Shown here one piece after another: positions 12,418-27,100 of a stretch of 64,000 nt of DNA. The DNA is from Rotaria socialis (taxonomy: Eukaryota): NCBI GenBank assembly GCA_905331295.1, contig CAJNYD010000006.1, forward strand, positions 1 through 64,000, read 5' to 3'. Below the pieces are notes generated by a model. That model searched no databases, was not told where the DNA came from, and saw only the letters and a program-made list of their open reading frames with translations. The position numbers were made by a program, and so were the translations under genes. The first letter of the stretch is position 1. The number at the start of each line of letters is the position of its first letter.

Positions 12418-15081
12418 CTAAATGAAAATATCAGACAGTTATACAATCAGTCAGAGGTACAAGTTATGAGCTTAGAATAAGTTTTTTAGAAGGATGGCGA
12501 TAAACTAGAAATGATATGAGTCAATAAACGGTACATAGCTTCTATCAAACTTACGAGTCAGAGATGGAAAAACAGTTCATGCTTAAAAGAATCATGCAGA
12601 ACTGAAAAACCATATTCCCCAGTGACAATGATTTGAAGTAAAACAAACTAATTTCATAGAGATCCTGAGTAAGAGTGAAACTATCAAATCCCCACTACTG
12701 CAACAGCGATGACATCATCGTAGTGATCATCCTATGTACGCAATCTTTGTAGCAACTTATCACTGTTCGGCCGCCCGTCAAGACACAAATCCTGGCCACA
12801 TTTAATAGAACTATCTAAAATTCTTTGCAACTAGTAAGATTTACTTATCAGCAAACACGACGAAATTCACAAGTTTCTAACAATGGAGGTGTTCGAACTG
12901 TAAGTTGAATTTACCCGATTTTTTGCATCAATAGAAAGCCCTCACCGCTAAACTAACATCGTTAAAATATTAGCGTCTGTTGGCGTACCCTTATGGAGAT
13001 ATTCGATTTTTCAGTGAATTTTCTCTACAGGACCGGCGTTCCCAGCAATAGGAGTGGACCATTTTTTTTAACGTATGAAAACATTGACATAAATATTAAT
13101 GATTAATGAAAATATAATCCCTAATATTAACGAAAACATTACTATTCATACTAATGATGAACGTTTCCGTTAACCGTTAATACCATTCAAGAACATTGAC
13201 ATTAATATTAATGATTAATGAAAACATTAATTTTAAAATTAATGTTAATGTATTTCATTAATCATTAATATTAATGAATTAAGTTTTTCTCAGAAAACAT
13301 TAAGCATTAATATTAATGGTTAATGAGAAACATTAACATTAATATTAAATTAATGTTAATGGCTCACCCCTACCCAGCGATATCATATTCTCGAATTGGA
13401 ACCTGAAACTTTGTGCGCATGAAGGTTTCAATGAGACTAGATTACAGAAAAAAACATTAGAAGGTTTGGACAAACCCTCTTCGAGATATGAATCTCTCAA
13501 AATACAGACAATTTTCTATAGAACCTGTATGCTTGAGACATCTCTATTTCGAAGAGGGTTTGTCCAAACCTTCTGATTTTTTTTCTATAAGCTAGTCTAT
13601 TTGAGACCTTCATGAATACATAGTTTCAGATTCAAATTCGAAAATATGATATTGCTGGGAAAGCCGGTCCTGTAGAGAAAATTCACTGAAAAATCGAATA
13701 TCTCCGTAAGGGTACGCCAACAGTCGCTAATATTTTAACCATGTTAGTTTGGCGGTGAGGGCTTTCTATTGATGCAAAAATATCTGGTAAATTCAACTTA
13801 CAGTTCGAACACCTCCATTGTAAGTGCAAAAGACAGTACAATTAAAATGTCGTGAAAACTTTCGACACAATGAAGACATTTTGTACATACATAGCACTAG
13901 AGGACTTTCGAGAAATTGGAAAGCCTAAAAATTCATTTGATTGAAAGATTTTAAAGAATCCTTACAAAAAAATCAGAGAAAGAAAAGAGATTCGAATCGC
14001 ATGAGTATTTCTATAGTTGAATAAACATAGAAAATTCTAAGAATGACAGTGATGTTAGCAATCGAAATATTTTTGGCTTTAAGCATACTCGAAGGCTGCT
14101 AAGATTAAATTGGATTGGATTGAAGGGACGTGTGAAATCGAAAACCTCACGAAGTTTGAAGAGTCGATAAATGAAAGGAAAGGAAGAAATATATATGGAA
14201 TCCATGAGTGACAAAACATTCAAACAGTTCCATACAGTGTAAGATTTAAAGGGGAAAACATAAATTTGGCAGCTCTTTGTAATTATGTGTAAAGAATTTT
14301 GATTATGTGGATGAAGATGGAAAGAAGTATACTATCGATGGAAAAACTCTTTGAAATATGGGTATCATTTTTCAGTTTGAAATTGGCTGGCATGTATTGC
14401 TCTTATTAAAAGTCAGAATGCAGCATCTAAATCAGAGAAATGTTTAAAGTAATGAACGTACTGCTACAAAAAAACGATGAATTTGATGAAATACCTCCCA
14501 GGAATATGGAAATTTCAGAATGCCATATGTCTATTCACCATAGAAATCGTTTATGACTGACAGACGTGTGACACGGATGCATGGCGTTGAAGATACAAGG
14601 ACTTAGAAAGCTATTCTTTTCATTCACACCTCTTCCATTCTGCTATTTATTGGGCAAAGATTACAGTATTGATATTAGCTATGAATATGGAAACCAACTG
14701 TATAAATTTAGCCGCTTACACGACTGTAAAAAAAAGAAACGAAGAAGCAAGCAGGATAATTTTCGATCCTGACTTATTTTGCACTAACATTCTAGGAAGT
14801 TGAAGTATAGTTCATTTAAATTTTGATTAAGTAGCAAAGTGATTGTGAATTCTTCGCTACTTTTGGAGAGAAAATATCAAGAACTCAATTAATCTAGTCC
14901 GTAAGGTAAAATAAATTTGAACAGACTTTGTATTTGAAGGAATTACGCCGTATCGGAAACAAAATTCACCTTGCCTTTGAATTTTAGGCTATATGAACTA
15001 TAATTATGAGATTTTAAGTATCTCGTACCAGTAACGAATATAGTTCAGTTCATTCAGATAAAGTGGGGCAATGCGATTTAA

Positions 15082-15120
<39 letters not shown>

Positions 15121-18100
15121 ATGCGCTTTAAGCCCCCCCCCCCCCCCCTAAAAAAGTTCATTTTGGTTAAATATGCTGATCTTCTCATTTATAGCTGGTG
15201 AGATTGACCTAAGTGTGTAATATCGATTGCACGATAGTTTATTGATTTTCTGATAAGATTTCAGAAAACTACATAGGCTTTAGAGAAACCTCATATAGAA
15301 CAAAAACTGACTTGTACATTTTTTCTGGCTTTTCTTTTAGCCTTTTATATTGATCGAGCTTAGTATCATGTAGATACAAGTGTAACAGATGAATAAAAGA
15401 CTTCAGAAATCCAAGAATTGAACGAAACTACTATACATAGATTCATGATTAAACATAAACTTTAATTCATAAAATTACCAATCATGATGACTATAACATG
15501 CCTTGAAGTATTTAAGATACTATGAACATATTATTTCTACATGATGAATATCGATTTAGATGATTTTAATTGATACTTTGATCGAGTAATAGACCCATGG
15601 GTCAACAAAAACAATTCCTTTTGTAAATCGTTAAGCGCATTTATTTGATGCATTCTAATCGTTGATTTATTGGAAATGGTTCCTATAATATTTTTCGATC
15701 AACGTATAGAGTAAAAATCCTTATTTTCAGCGGTCGAACTTATTTTGCGTTTATCTGAAAGTGGGATTTTTGGTTTATATGCTTTCATGTCTTCCAGATT
15801 CCTGTGCCAATTTAAACACTAGTCAGCTGAGTGCAGCGCTATTGCTTAACAGAGTTCGATTTTCCAGTATAATCGTAGTTCCTTTTTAAAAGCTAAAAGA
15901 TCTGAAGAAAACTTACTAGTTTTTCAGAATTTTGCGGAAGAAGTTTTCCAAAACCCAAACTAGTAATAGATTGAAAAAGAGACCCCTGGTAAGTTGTACC
16001 CCACCGTTGGCTACATTTTAAAACTAACTCGAGCTTCCTAACATTTGAAATGGCTGAGAAAACTGAAACGCACGGGTCCTATATTTTTACCTATAATCGT
16101 TAGCTAACTCTTGAAGTCTCAATTATCGAGCTGAAATTTTTACTGCAAGATGTTATACTTGAAATACAGCTTCTCAAGAAATTTCATCGAGATCTAATGC
16201 AAATTAAAACTTTTGTGTGGATATGGGTGTGAGTGTGAACATGCGTAAAATGGGTCAAGCATACACCCGCGCCAACACCAAAATTTTGTTGGATTGTGTT
16301 ATTTCTTTTAGTTTAGTAATGTCTAGAATAGTCATTACCGAAGCATCTGTACTAAAAGACTATTATTCATGTTCCAATCGCTTTTTGGGTCAGTTTTAAT
16401 CAAATCCTGTAATATTCTATCATTTGGTAGCTTACTGAATCCATAGGCGAGAGTTATTGATAGTAATAGAAAAAATAGGCTTCTGTCAGGATGAGGCTGT
16501 CATTAGCAGTAAAATTTTGATAACGGGGTTGATTGATTGTGTGACCTTTCATATGTAGGTATAACGTATTAAAGTTCATTTTCACATTCATACGAAGACG
16601 TACACATCATAATCATGCTGGTCGAAAACAGTTCACGAATACGAAACTTTAGAAAGAATATGCACACGTGTCAGTATATATGAAAAACTAGTAGAAACAG
16701 AATTTAGCTTGATGTTACAGCGTGATCGGTAGTTTTCATGTGTACGATAAAACTACACAACAGTGGGATTATGCTATGGTAACTAAAGACGAGTAGGCGT
16801 TCGTCAACTCATGAAAATATACAAGTAGGTATATATCTTGTAACAATTGATTGTGAAATACAGGCAAACTTACCAGTAACATTAAGAGTAACAGTCATTT
16901 CTTCAGTTGACGTTTTGTTCTTTGCTATCATCATATACACACCTTGATGTTGCAGCTGTACATTAGCCACTACGAATTTGTATCGTGTTGTTTCCACATT
17001 TGTGAACTGCATTGCTTCCCCATCTTTCATTAGTCGAACTTCCGGTATTTCCTTTCCACTCACATCCACAGTGATCTCGAATGTTTCGCCACACTTTAAT
17101 TGAGCTTCATTCGATGTTGGTACAACTTGTTTCAATTTTACTGGTTCCAGTACTGTAACTACACATGAATTCGAATGCACTTCACCAACGTCGTTCTTCA
17201 AGACGATTCGATAGGCTCCTTCATTCTTTTCAATTGTTGCTCGTTTGATCACTAGTTGATATTCATTATTCGCTTCGTTTACTGATAAATTCTCTGATAC
17301 AATAGGTTGATCGTTGAAAAACCATTGAGCCGATGGTCGTGGTGATCCTTTGGCGACCACTTTCAATGTGACATCTTGTCCAGTCACAGTCTCTCGTTGT
17401 TGTGGCAACCGCGCGGTGATTGTTGGTGCAGCAAGAATCTCGAGTTTAACCCTTTCTTCTTCATTGCCATATTCATTCTCGAGACGACAAGTAATTGAAC
17501 CAGCATGCTGTTCGAGATCGACGTTTTCAATAACCAACATGGCTTCATTAGTTACAGGATTGAACTGCATCTGAACACCTTCTTCCGCTTTCAACTGTTT
17601 GCCATTGAGAAGCCAAATGATCTTTGGTGTTGGATATCCATCGATCTGTATCTTTAAACAGGCTTTTTCGTCTTGTTTTACTGTTAGTGCTGTCGGTTTG
17701 ACAACAAATATTGGTGGTTCTACAATAACGTATGTATGAAAGAACAAGAAAGATCAAGATGACGTACTCGAAACAGTGACTTTGCACTTATTGGATACGA
17801 GCGATTCACCAATATTGAAGATCTTGGCTGAATACTCTCCTTGATCTTCTGGTTCTACATGCGAGATTACCAGTGTGTATATATAATTATCATCATGGTC
17901 CTCTGTTGTTTTGTGAACACGATCATTGGGTTTGATTTCATTGTTTCCTTTCATCCACACAATGTCTGGTTTAGGTGTTCCACTCGCGACGATCTTGAGC
18001 GTCATAGTTTCCTCTTTTATAGCTTGCAATGAACCATCGAGATTAACTGTGATCATAGGTTTGATGATGATGGACAATGTGATTTTTGCTTCCGCTTTGC

Positions 18101-21100
18101 CCACAGAATTGGTTGCCATAGCAGTGTAGATACCTTGATCGGCAAGTTCAGCTTGATGAATCGATAACTCTGATGTTCCATCATCAATCTCAGTCACTTG
18201 AAAGCGATCATTTGTTGGAATGGGTTGATCGTTGAGAAACCATGTTACTTGAGGTTTCTCAATACCACTGAACTTCCATGAGATCTGAGTGTCTTCACCG
18301 AGGATACATGATTGATCTTTTTCTGAGTTCTGAGCTTCCACTTTGGGTAGAACTAAAATGAATGCATACACCTTGTCAGTAGGTAGCATATACATGTTTT
18401 GTCAACCTTCAATCTAAGATGCAATATTTAGAATAGCATTTCTATCTCATTAATAATCTTATTATTTCCAGAGTTTTCGCGTCAACTATGATCAATATTT
18501 TTATTTGCTCTAAACATTAAGAATTTCTGGAAGTCCGATAGTTATTAATACTCGAAATATTGGAAACTTTGATTAGAAAATGGAGAAACTGATAGTAATT
18601 GGTTTAACCCTGTTCACAAAAAGGCATGCTCAATGTTCATAAATATCGAACTCCTGACAACTAGTGATGTCGATTGTGTTCATTTTTTAACACAAGCTAC
18701 ACATCTAAAAGTTACCTAGAGTTTGCATGAATAGGCCGAGAAAAGATTGAAATTTTGAATTTTCTGTGAATTCCGAATCCTTTGATGTTATCCTTAATGA
18801 ATTTTGATGACAGATTCAGATAGAACAGAAAAGATGATTGTAGCCGGCATTGCAAATCCCCAAACAATCAACTCGTAAATATGATAACAATGTCATCTTA
18901 AATATCATGACATAACTTTGTTTCGTTGAATTGAACTCTAAACTCAACTTAATAGAACCATAATCGTTTCAAAAAACATNCTTTTGGTACCATGAGTTTT
19001 TTTCTTCCATAGGGAATTTTAAGTTATGCGATAACAAGTATTTTTACTCAATTTTCAGAAGAGCCTCACCTATGAGATACTGCAAAACATATGTTCATTA
19101 GACCGAAAATCGTCTCATACGAAAGAGTGCAAAATTCTGCATAGCCCCATGCAAAAAATCATCCTGAGTCAAGACTCTCATAGTAAACTTTGCCGGACTA
19201 GAGAGTGTCTTTTTTCGAAAATTTCCTATGGTGTATTACTTCATGTCTATATGACTCAGAAATAGAACCGTTCACTATCAGCTTGAACTACGCTAGCTAG
19301 ATCGATGTCATTTTTCAAGCTTTACATTATGGTGTAGTTTTTATATTGAAATTTTATTGGTCAAAAATATCAATAAGACTCATACTAAGCAGAGTAGAAG
19401 AAGCCACCTTGGAAAAAGTATAATGCTGAAATGATCAGTTTTTACCGCTGTATACATGCAAGATATACAAAATAGTTGCTTCGGTAATAATCAGATAGTA
19501 CAGGTGAAAAGCTGTATCGTGGAATACTTGAATCCAGAGCGTCTAGACGATGGATAACTCAAATTCGTGGTAGGATTATGTTCTCAATATGATGACCTTG
19601 TTCGAGCCATATTCGCATGTAGGCATTTGGGGTTCTGTGGAGGTGAAATAGAATCGACTGAATATGAACTTTCCGCGAGTATTCATTCACAAAAATGTTT
19701 AAGACTGCGTTCAGTGCTCTCTAAAAAAAACGTTTCCTAGAAAACCCAAACGAGTTCGGAAACCCGCTCGCAAATCTATAAAGGTTTCCGAGAACTTGAA
19801 GCGTTTTTAAAAATACCTTTTACATTTTCGAGCATACGCAGTGTCGAAAAAGTATACTGGAAAACCGAAGTCAGTTTCCGGGTTTTTTCAATTTGTTACA
19901 GATTTCAACAGTCTTAAAAATCTTCACAATGTTTTGCAAACAAGGCCCTGATCAAAGTTTGAAATATCACAGAAGACGATGTTCTGTGTTCAAATTTTCG
20001 TTGTTGATCTTCACTTACTCCCACTTTTTGACATTTTTAATTCAATAGAACTCCCATATTTTGTTTTTATAAGTTGCTTCATGACGGATCAGTTTTTCGA
20101 AATTTGAAGCTATTGAAACTTTTAAAATAATGTTATCCTATCTTTATATTCTTGAGCTAGTCTCAATTTTGCACATCTTAGGATCAATATTTTATTAACA
20201 TTTTAGAGATGAATAAATATTATTAATGAAAGATTAACTTGCTTCTAACTTTGTTTCGTTGAATTGAACTCTAAACTCAACTCAATAGAACCATAATCGT
20301 TTCAAAAAACATTATATAGAGTTGCTCTTAAAAAATTCTGGCTTCAGGTTATCATTATAGCTGCTGTATTACTACAAAATTACACGGTCAAATCTTAAGA
20401 AATCAGACATAAAAGTTATCCTTGAGCAACCAAGTTTCGCGATCACACAATATACGATGAACATGTAAAGATGGTGAGTTCGATTTTAAACGTAAAAACC
20501 TGATGAACTATTTTATTTTTATTGAGACGCAGCATTGCAGGTCGATTGTTGCCCTCGGTGGATCCTGCAGGAACCTGGGGAAAGCCAGCTTATCCCACAA
20601 AAAAAACACCGGAAATTGTTTGACCATGGAAACAGGAATCCAGCGGGAAACGTTTCTGATTTTCCCGAGTGAGTTCCGACCAAGTTACTGTGTTTTTTGA
20701 CAGCATTCGTCGAAAATCATGTGAAAAACTCGGAAAAATTTCTAGCGATTCTCGTGGCTTTCTGCAGGATAACGTGACTTTCGCTCACGTTTTGTAATCG
20801 TTTCTATAGGATGCTCCGTGCGGTACGACCTATCTGGATTATAGCGATGCGGCGGTTCTCGATACAGAATGAAAAAAATGAGATCTCAGAAACCTTTAAT
20901 CCATTTCCAACATTGGTATCCGAAGGAAATTTTTATTTGGTTCATTGGTTTTCGAGGTCTCGGAAACCGTGTCTCGAGAAGTCTTAAGGGGCTTCGGAGT
21001 TTTTTACTATCAGAAACCTATTTTGAGTTTCCTAGAAAACCTTTTTTTATTTACAGAGTACCCCGATGTTGATTCAACAGACGAAGAATCTTATAATTCA

Positions 21101-24100
21101 AGCACTAGTCAGAGTGACGACGATTAAGCGATACCATATTTCGTTTTTGTTCACCGATTGCGGTTCCTTTTATTTTTCTAAATACACTTCTTACTAACGA
21201 AATGGCAAGAACCTTTTACATTTTCGTTGATTGGCTCAGTTAACAAGATGGTAAAACAGTATTAGTGCCATCGTGCCTATCTAAACATATCTATCTTCTC
21301 TTACTTAAATAACCAGATTATGCGATGAGACTAGCGCATAACTGCAGCTCGCGAAGAAACATCAAAAGCTATGCCACATTAAACCACTGCTATCCGAGCC
21401 AAACTGCCTACATATTCAGCATAAACTTACATTTAGAATGCATGCCTGTCAATGATAATACCATACTATACCTACGCCTCAATTCGAAAAAACAACGATG
21501 AAAAAATCAGAACTATATCATCTTGTAGAGCTTGAAACATTACATCGATATAAGTATAAGAGGGTTCATTCGTAATCATGATTTGTCTATACCTTCTGTT
21601 CCATGTAAAGTCCAACATCTCAAAATTTTAGGGTTTTGCATAGTATGAGTCTTATGGATATTTTTGGTCAATAAAATTTCAATATAAAAATTACACAATC
21701 GTGTAAAGCTTGAAAAATGATATCGATCTAGCTAGCATAGTTCAAGCTGACAGTGAACGGTTCTTTTTCTGAGTCATATAGACATGAAGTAATACACCAT
21801 AGGAAATTTTCGAAAAAAGACACTCTCTAGTCCGACAAAGTTTACTATGAGAGCCTTGACTCAGGATGATTTTTTGCATGGGGCTAGGCAGGATTTTGCA
21901 CACTTTCGTATGAGACGATTTTCGGTCTAATGAACATATGTTTTGCAGTATCTCATAGGTGAGGCTCTTCTGAAAATTGAGTAAAACTACGTGTTATCAG
22001 AAAACTTAAAATTCCCTATGGAATAAAAAACCCCATGCTACCAAAAGATTCGCCGTAAAATGTTTTACAACATCCTATACTTTTTTCTTCGAATTGGGAC
22101 TGGGCCGATTTCCGTTCTTATTTGCCCCTCTCCTTAAGCTTATCTTTCTTTCTGAATGTATCGCAAGATACTGTTATTGAGTCGATTAGTGCTATGCTAT
22201 CGTCCTTACCTCGTATTTTCGTTAATAATATTTTGAAGCATTTTGGTATTATTTTGTTTTGAAGTTCCTGCAAACCTTTTAACCAACCATAGTCAGCAAC
22301 GTTATTTAATGCTAACTCATACAAATTGTCTGTATTTTTAATGTTACTCTCTTCCAATAATTGAAATAATTGTGGACGATAATACTCACGTAAGGCTTGA
22401 AATAATACTAATTCTTTTTTTTCTATTATTGTATTCAATAAATCCTTTGAAATATAATTAGAATATTTTTCTATTGATTTTAGACCGTGATTTGTTATTG
22501 TAAGCCATAGATCATTGAATAGATTTAACTCGGTTAAACATTGGTCATCAATCTCTTTGAATAAGAGTTGTAAGACAATTGACAAAATTGGACAATTTTT
22601 CATATATTTATTTCCATATTCAGCTGTACGATTCAAAATAAATTGATAATTTTGACTATCTTCATTTTGTTTTAGAAATAAAACAAACCATTCATTTGAA
22701 CTATATCGTATTTTCCATTGTTGTTCCAAATAATATTTTAGAGCTTTCATAAAGTCACTGTCCTTTTCATTTATTGCTGCTGTATAGATATCTGGTAAAA
22801 GATCATCTTCATATTTGAACAATGATTGCCGACCATTTTCCATCAAATCATGAACAATTTCGTCTTTGCTGTCATTATATTTTAATTGAAGTACTTGTAT
22901 TATTTCATTTTCAGCTAATTTTAACACATCATCATCTACGACATGGCCAAGGGTTTCTATCGAGAAGAGTAGAGACATTGAAAATTAGGAGATCCTGTCA
23001 TGTAAAGCTTCTAATTTGCACTCAGCGACGGGTCAATATATGCAAAATCAAAAATAATGAAAAGCGAGACTAAATTGCGGATATTCATTTAGCTAACATA
23101 AATGTTTTTAACTCAAAATTCATAGCATGGTGTGGGTGTAAACGAAGAGAAAACTATTTGTCACACTCAAAGTTAAGCGTGACTATTATTTTGTCCTTAC
23201 CATGGATCTTGTCCTTTCTCTATGTTTTATATTCACTTTGATGTCCTTAACTGTCATTATCTTTCGTTCACTCGGATGGTTGAGTATTTAAATGTGTGCT
23301 TTTTGTGTAATCTGTACGATCATGATACGAAGAAATGAAATACAGCAAAGTTCCATCAATGCAAGCACTTCTTCTATCAGAAATCATCACATTCATACAG
23401 ATTCTCGCGATGTTGTTTTTGAATGCTTTTTCAATGAAGTAAAATCAAGGGGGTAAGTGGTGGCACCTAGCACCGAAAAGTGCTAGACAGGCGCTGAGAT
23501 GCCAAGGTGCCAACACTTACCGCCTTGAGTAAAATGCACCACACTTTGTCACATCATTGATAGAATATTTGGACGATTATGACTTTTCTCATTTCAAAAA
23601 TCTATTTGTTTTATTGTTCCAGTAGTTTGTCATTAAATGAAGTCAAGGAATTTATCTGTTTCTTCATTGACAAATACGACCTGAATAAAATACTAGAGAA
23701 TGAAAGTAGTATGACTGATAAAGCAGACTAAGGTACTTCATGCTTTTTTTCCTTTGGTCGATGGCACACGTTCTATGGTTCTTTCTCGTACATATTCTCA
23801 TTCAGGAAATTTTAACACATCCATAGCAACCGAATATTACAAGACAATCTACCTAGCTCTTCGATTTTCTTGAATACTTAGTCCAGATCTATCTCACTCA
23901 ATCAAAGAAGATAACAAAAAGGAAAATAAATTACTTTGCTTTCTATTACATTCTTCGATGAGTACAATTAATTGAGAGCAAGGCGGTCGGTCATCAGGAT
24001 CATTCGCCCAACATTTTGTGATCACAGCAGAAAATTGTAGTGGTGTATCGTCGGGTATCTCTAAACGTTCACCACGACGCACACAATCAGAAATGATATC

Positions 24101-27100
24101 ATTTGGGTAGCCATCATAAGGTATTTCATTTGCAGCTAGCTCCCAATAAACGATTCCTAAGCTGTAAACATCACTTTTATCAGTATACTTTTTTAAACGC
24201 AGTATTTCAGGAGCAGTCCATTGCAATGTACAGGCTATCATATGATTATGTTTCGTCTGTCGTGTTGTTTCACTTCGTGTTTGAGCCAAACCAAAATCGC
24301 ATACCTTCACAATATAGTCTTGATAGGATCTCTCCAACAAAAAATTGAGCGACTTGATATCACGATGCAAGATGGGTCGTTGTAGTTTATGCAGATGGTT
24401 GATGGCGTTGGCTGCTTGCAAAGCGATGGATAATCGTTCAGACCAATCTAATACTAGTTTATCCTTGTGAAGAAGCTTGTACAGTGATCCGAGTGACATG
24501 TATTCCATCACCAATGCATACTTTCCAATTTCAGTACATGCGCCATAGAAAGTTACGATATGATGATAGCTAATACTATGCACCAATGAAAGTTCTTTGA
24601 AGAATTCCTTTTCGGCTTGTTTGTCCAAGTGTGTAAGATGCAACGTTTTGACAGCAACTATCCGGTTGTGACTTAACCATCGAGCACGATGAACTACCCC
24701 AAAGCCTCCACGACCAATTTCCTCTTCCCGCCCGAGGTCCTGAGAAGGTATGAATTCGAAATCTAGTAGCGGATCTAAATTGCAAAAACACTTTTCATGA
24801 CTTATTCATGCCAATAGCTGCACTCCTAGCGAATAAAAAATACTTTTTTTTATCATATAATGTCATTTGAGACTGGCAACACAATCAATCGGTCACTCTT
24901 TTAAAAGGAAGATTCAAATTTACAAAAATAATGAAAAACAGTTTCTATAATCGAAACTAGATTGCCGGTACATTACTAGATACGCTGTAAACTCTTAGAT
25001 AATTAACTGCGTAGTGTGATAGATTCCACCTTGCTAGCACAATGAATACTAAAATTGGACTAACTTATTAATTTTAAGCAAGAATTATAATTGAATAGTT
25101 GTGTTACACTTGCAATTCTGTTTAAAGATGATTAGAAGTTTTTAATATGATTTCCTCAAGACAACAAAAGTGAACTAGGTGAATAATGAAAACTTTCTCT
25201 ACATTTTTCGAGTATTTGAAAAAAATATCTCATTACTGCTTCATCATGATGATTTTGAAGTATTAAACGTTCTTCATCGAATCGTCAAAAAGAGATCAAA
25301 CTTCGTGACAAGTAGCGATCTTCGTTTCGCAGTTCATTGGAGTTCTGATTGTTAAGAAATGAGTCTATATTCTGAAGGCTTGTAGCGACTACATCTGTTC
25401 GTAGGCCATTTCAGTTCAAATTAAAATGCTAAACTATTAGGGCTCCCTAAAAACAAATCCATTTCAGAAGATCTCAGAACTGGTTGGAAGAAAATGGCAG
25501 AAATTTTCACCGATTTCAGATCTAAATGGTTTCTATTTATAATAAAAAAAAGCAAGTTTATTTTATTTTTGAAACGCTACAAGTATCACAATGTGAAAAA
25601 AACGGAATTCCATAACGTTTGATTATGCCTAAAACATAATATTTCCTGTATCATGCATATTTTGAATCTTTTTTTGGCAAAATTGTGGGAAATATTAAAC
25701 TGGGTGTGAATATGAATGCCACTCTCTCCTTCGTATATAACCAATCACATTCACACCCTTTAATTCTGACGATTCTTGTAAAAGTTTGCTTCATTTTCGA
25801 ATCAATTAGGACCGCGAAAAAAATCTTGCAACTCGTAGTTACCTAATGCCGAAGTCGCTATGACTGAATAGTTAAATTCTTTGGCATATACTATCAGATA
25901 CTGTGTTCGAAGCTCGATGCCGTCAGGTATATAATGATCTTGAATAAGTTACCAGCGGCTAGTTATCTCGGGTGACCCATACTATAGCTTACTGGCTGCA
26001 TTGTGGCAAAGACCAGTCCTTGTCGCTAGTATGTGGTTAGTCAGTATGTGCGGAGAGCACATCGAGCAGACGAAGTCTAAACCAGGCTAGTATTTTGTCC
26101 ATAGCTACAAGTAATAATAGTTGTAGGAAACGAATCCGGCCTTTGAAATTGTCTCCGGACAGCACCCTATACTACAAGGTAGTCAAACGGCAAGAGTATT
26201 ATTTTTCTTTTTCTTCTATCTTATATCGATAATATTGCAGAGCCTGATTTTAGGCAAAAAACAATCATTTTTAAAAAGTATCTCAATGTATAGATCTCAT
26301 GCGTTGTAGGTGCATCATCTTTTCGAATAATCTCTAAAATGTATGAACATATTAAACAAATCTAACGGATACAGTACTCTATGTGCATTTTTTTCGACTT
26401 ATAGGCAACAAGTATTTATTAAGAGTAAGTGTAACGAGTGATCGTTTTTCTCCAATCAGCAGCTATCGTAGCGAACTACAGAAGAGAAAAAGAGTGAATG
26501 AAGTACCAAATGAGCAATCATGCTGAAGTAAGTTTAATGCATGTATATCAATGATGAAAGAATTTAAATTGATGGGAAGATTGAATAAGTGGAGATGATA
26601 GGATAAAATGGCAAAGATAATAAAATTCAGAAAGATCTTTTCAGCTTAATGCTTATTATGGTCAAGGTCAGTATTGTTTTTGTGCTGTTTAAAAAATCGA
26701 ACTGATCTTCTTTGAATCTATATTACTCATTATGCAAAGATGTAGGTTAGTGAATCTGGGCATCGATATGAGCGAGTGCAATTCGTGCATTCTGGGAATG
26801 AATGTGTGAGCCTTTCTTTGATCGACACGTAGTTCCACCCACACTCACATCTCGCACCCATCAATTAGATTTCACTTTGGATTTTCTCTGCTATTTTAAG
26901 GACACAGCGTGATTTTTTCGGCCCGATCTTGGGATTAATGTAAGTCTTCTTCCATGCGAACCCAGCAATAGCGTGTTATGTTCTGAAAATAATCAATAAA
27001 CCTGCTTCTTCGAACGTGATTGAACAATAGAAAAACCCTCAATCTGTCAGATTCCAACATGAAGTTGAGTATGGTCTGGCGTATGTGTGGTTGCTAACAT

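Noticed and set aside
11965..12421. Ile/Met-rich, membrane-looking ORFs (11965-12405 minus, 12044-12421 plus)
   Set aside because: Alternative frames of the GAT/TAT repeat; the Cys-rich frame has the splice acceptor and protein-like motifs.
15072..15150. Long G run followed by a C run, each preceded by ATGCG(A/C)TTTAAG
   Set aside because: Resembles the G/C tracts inside local MITEs, and homopolymer lengths are unreliable; no support for an independent function.
18915..18980. 65-bp near-exact direct repeat of ~20248-20312
   Set aside because: It ends at an N, so it is probably a contig-overlap artefact and not a biological repeat.
23201..23311. 111-nt AG/GT-bounded candidate exon between the kinase and unknown-domain exons
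   Set aside because: It has stop codons in all three frames; chance or decayed, so left out of the model.
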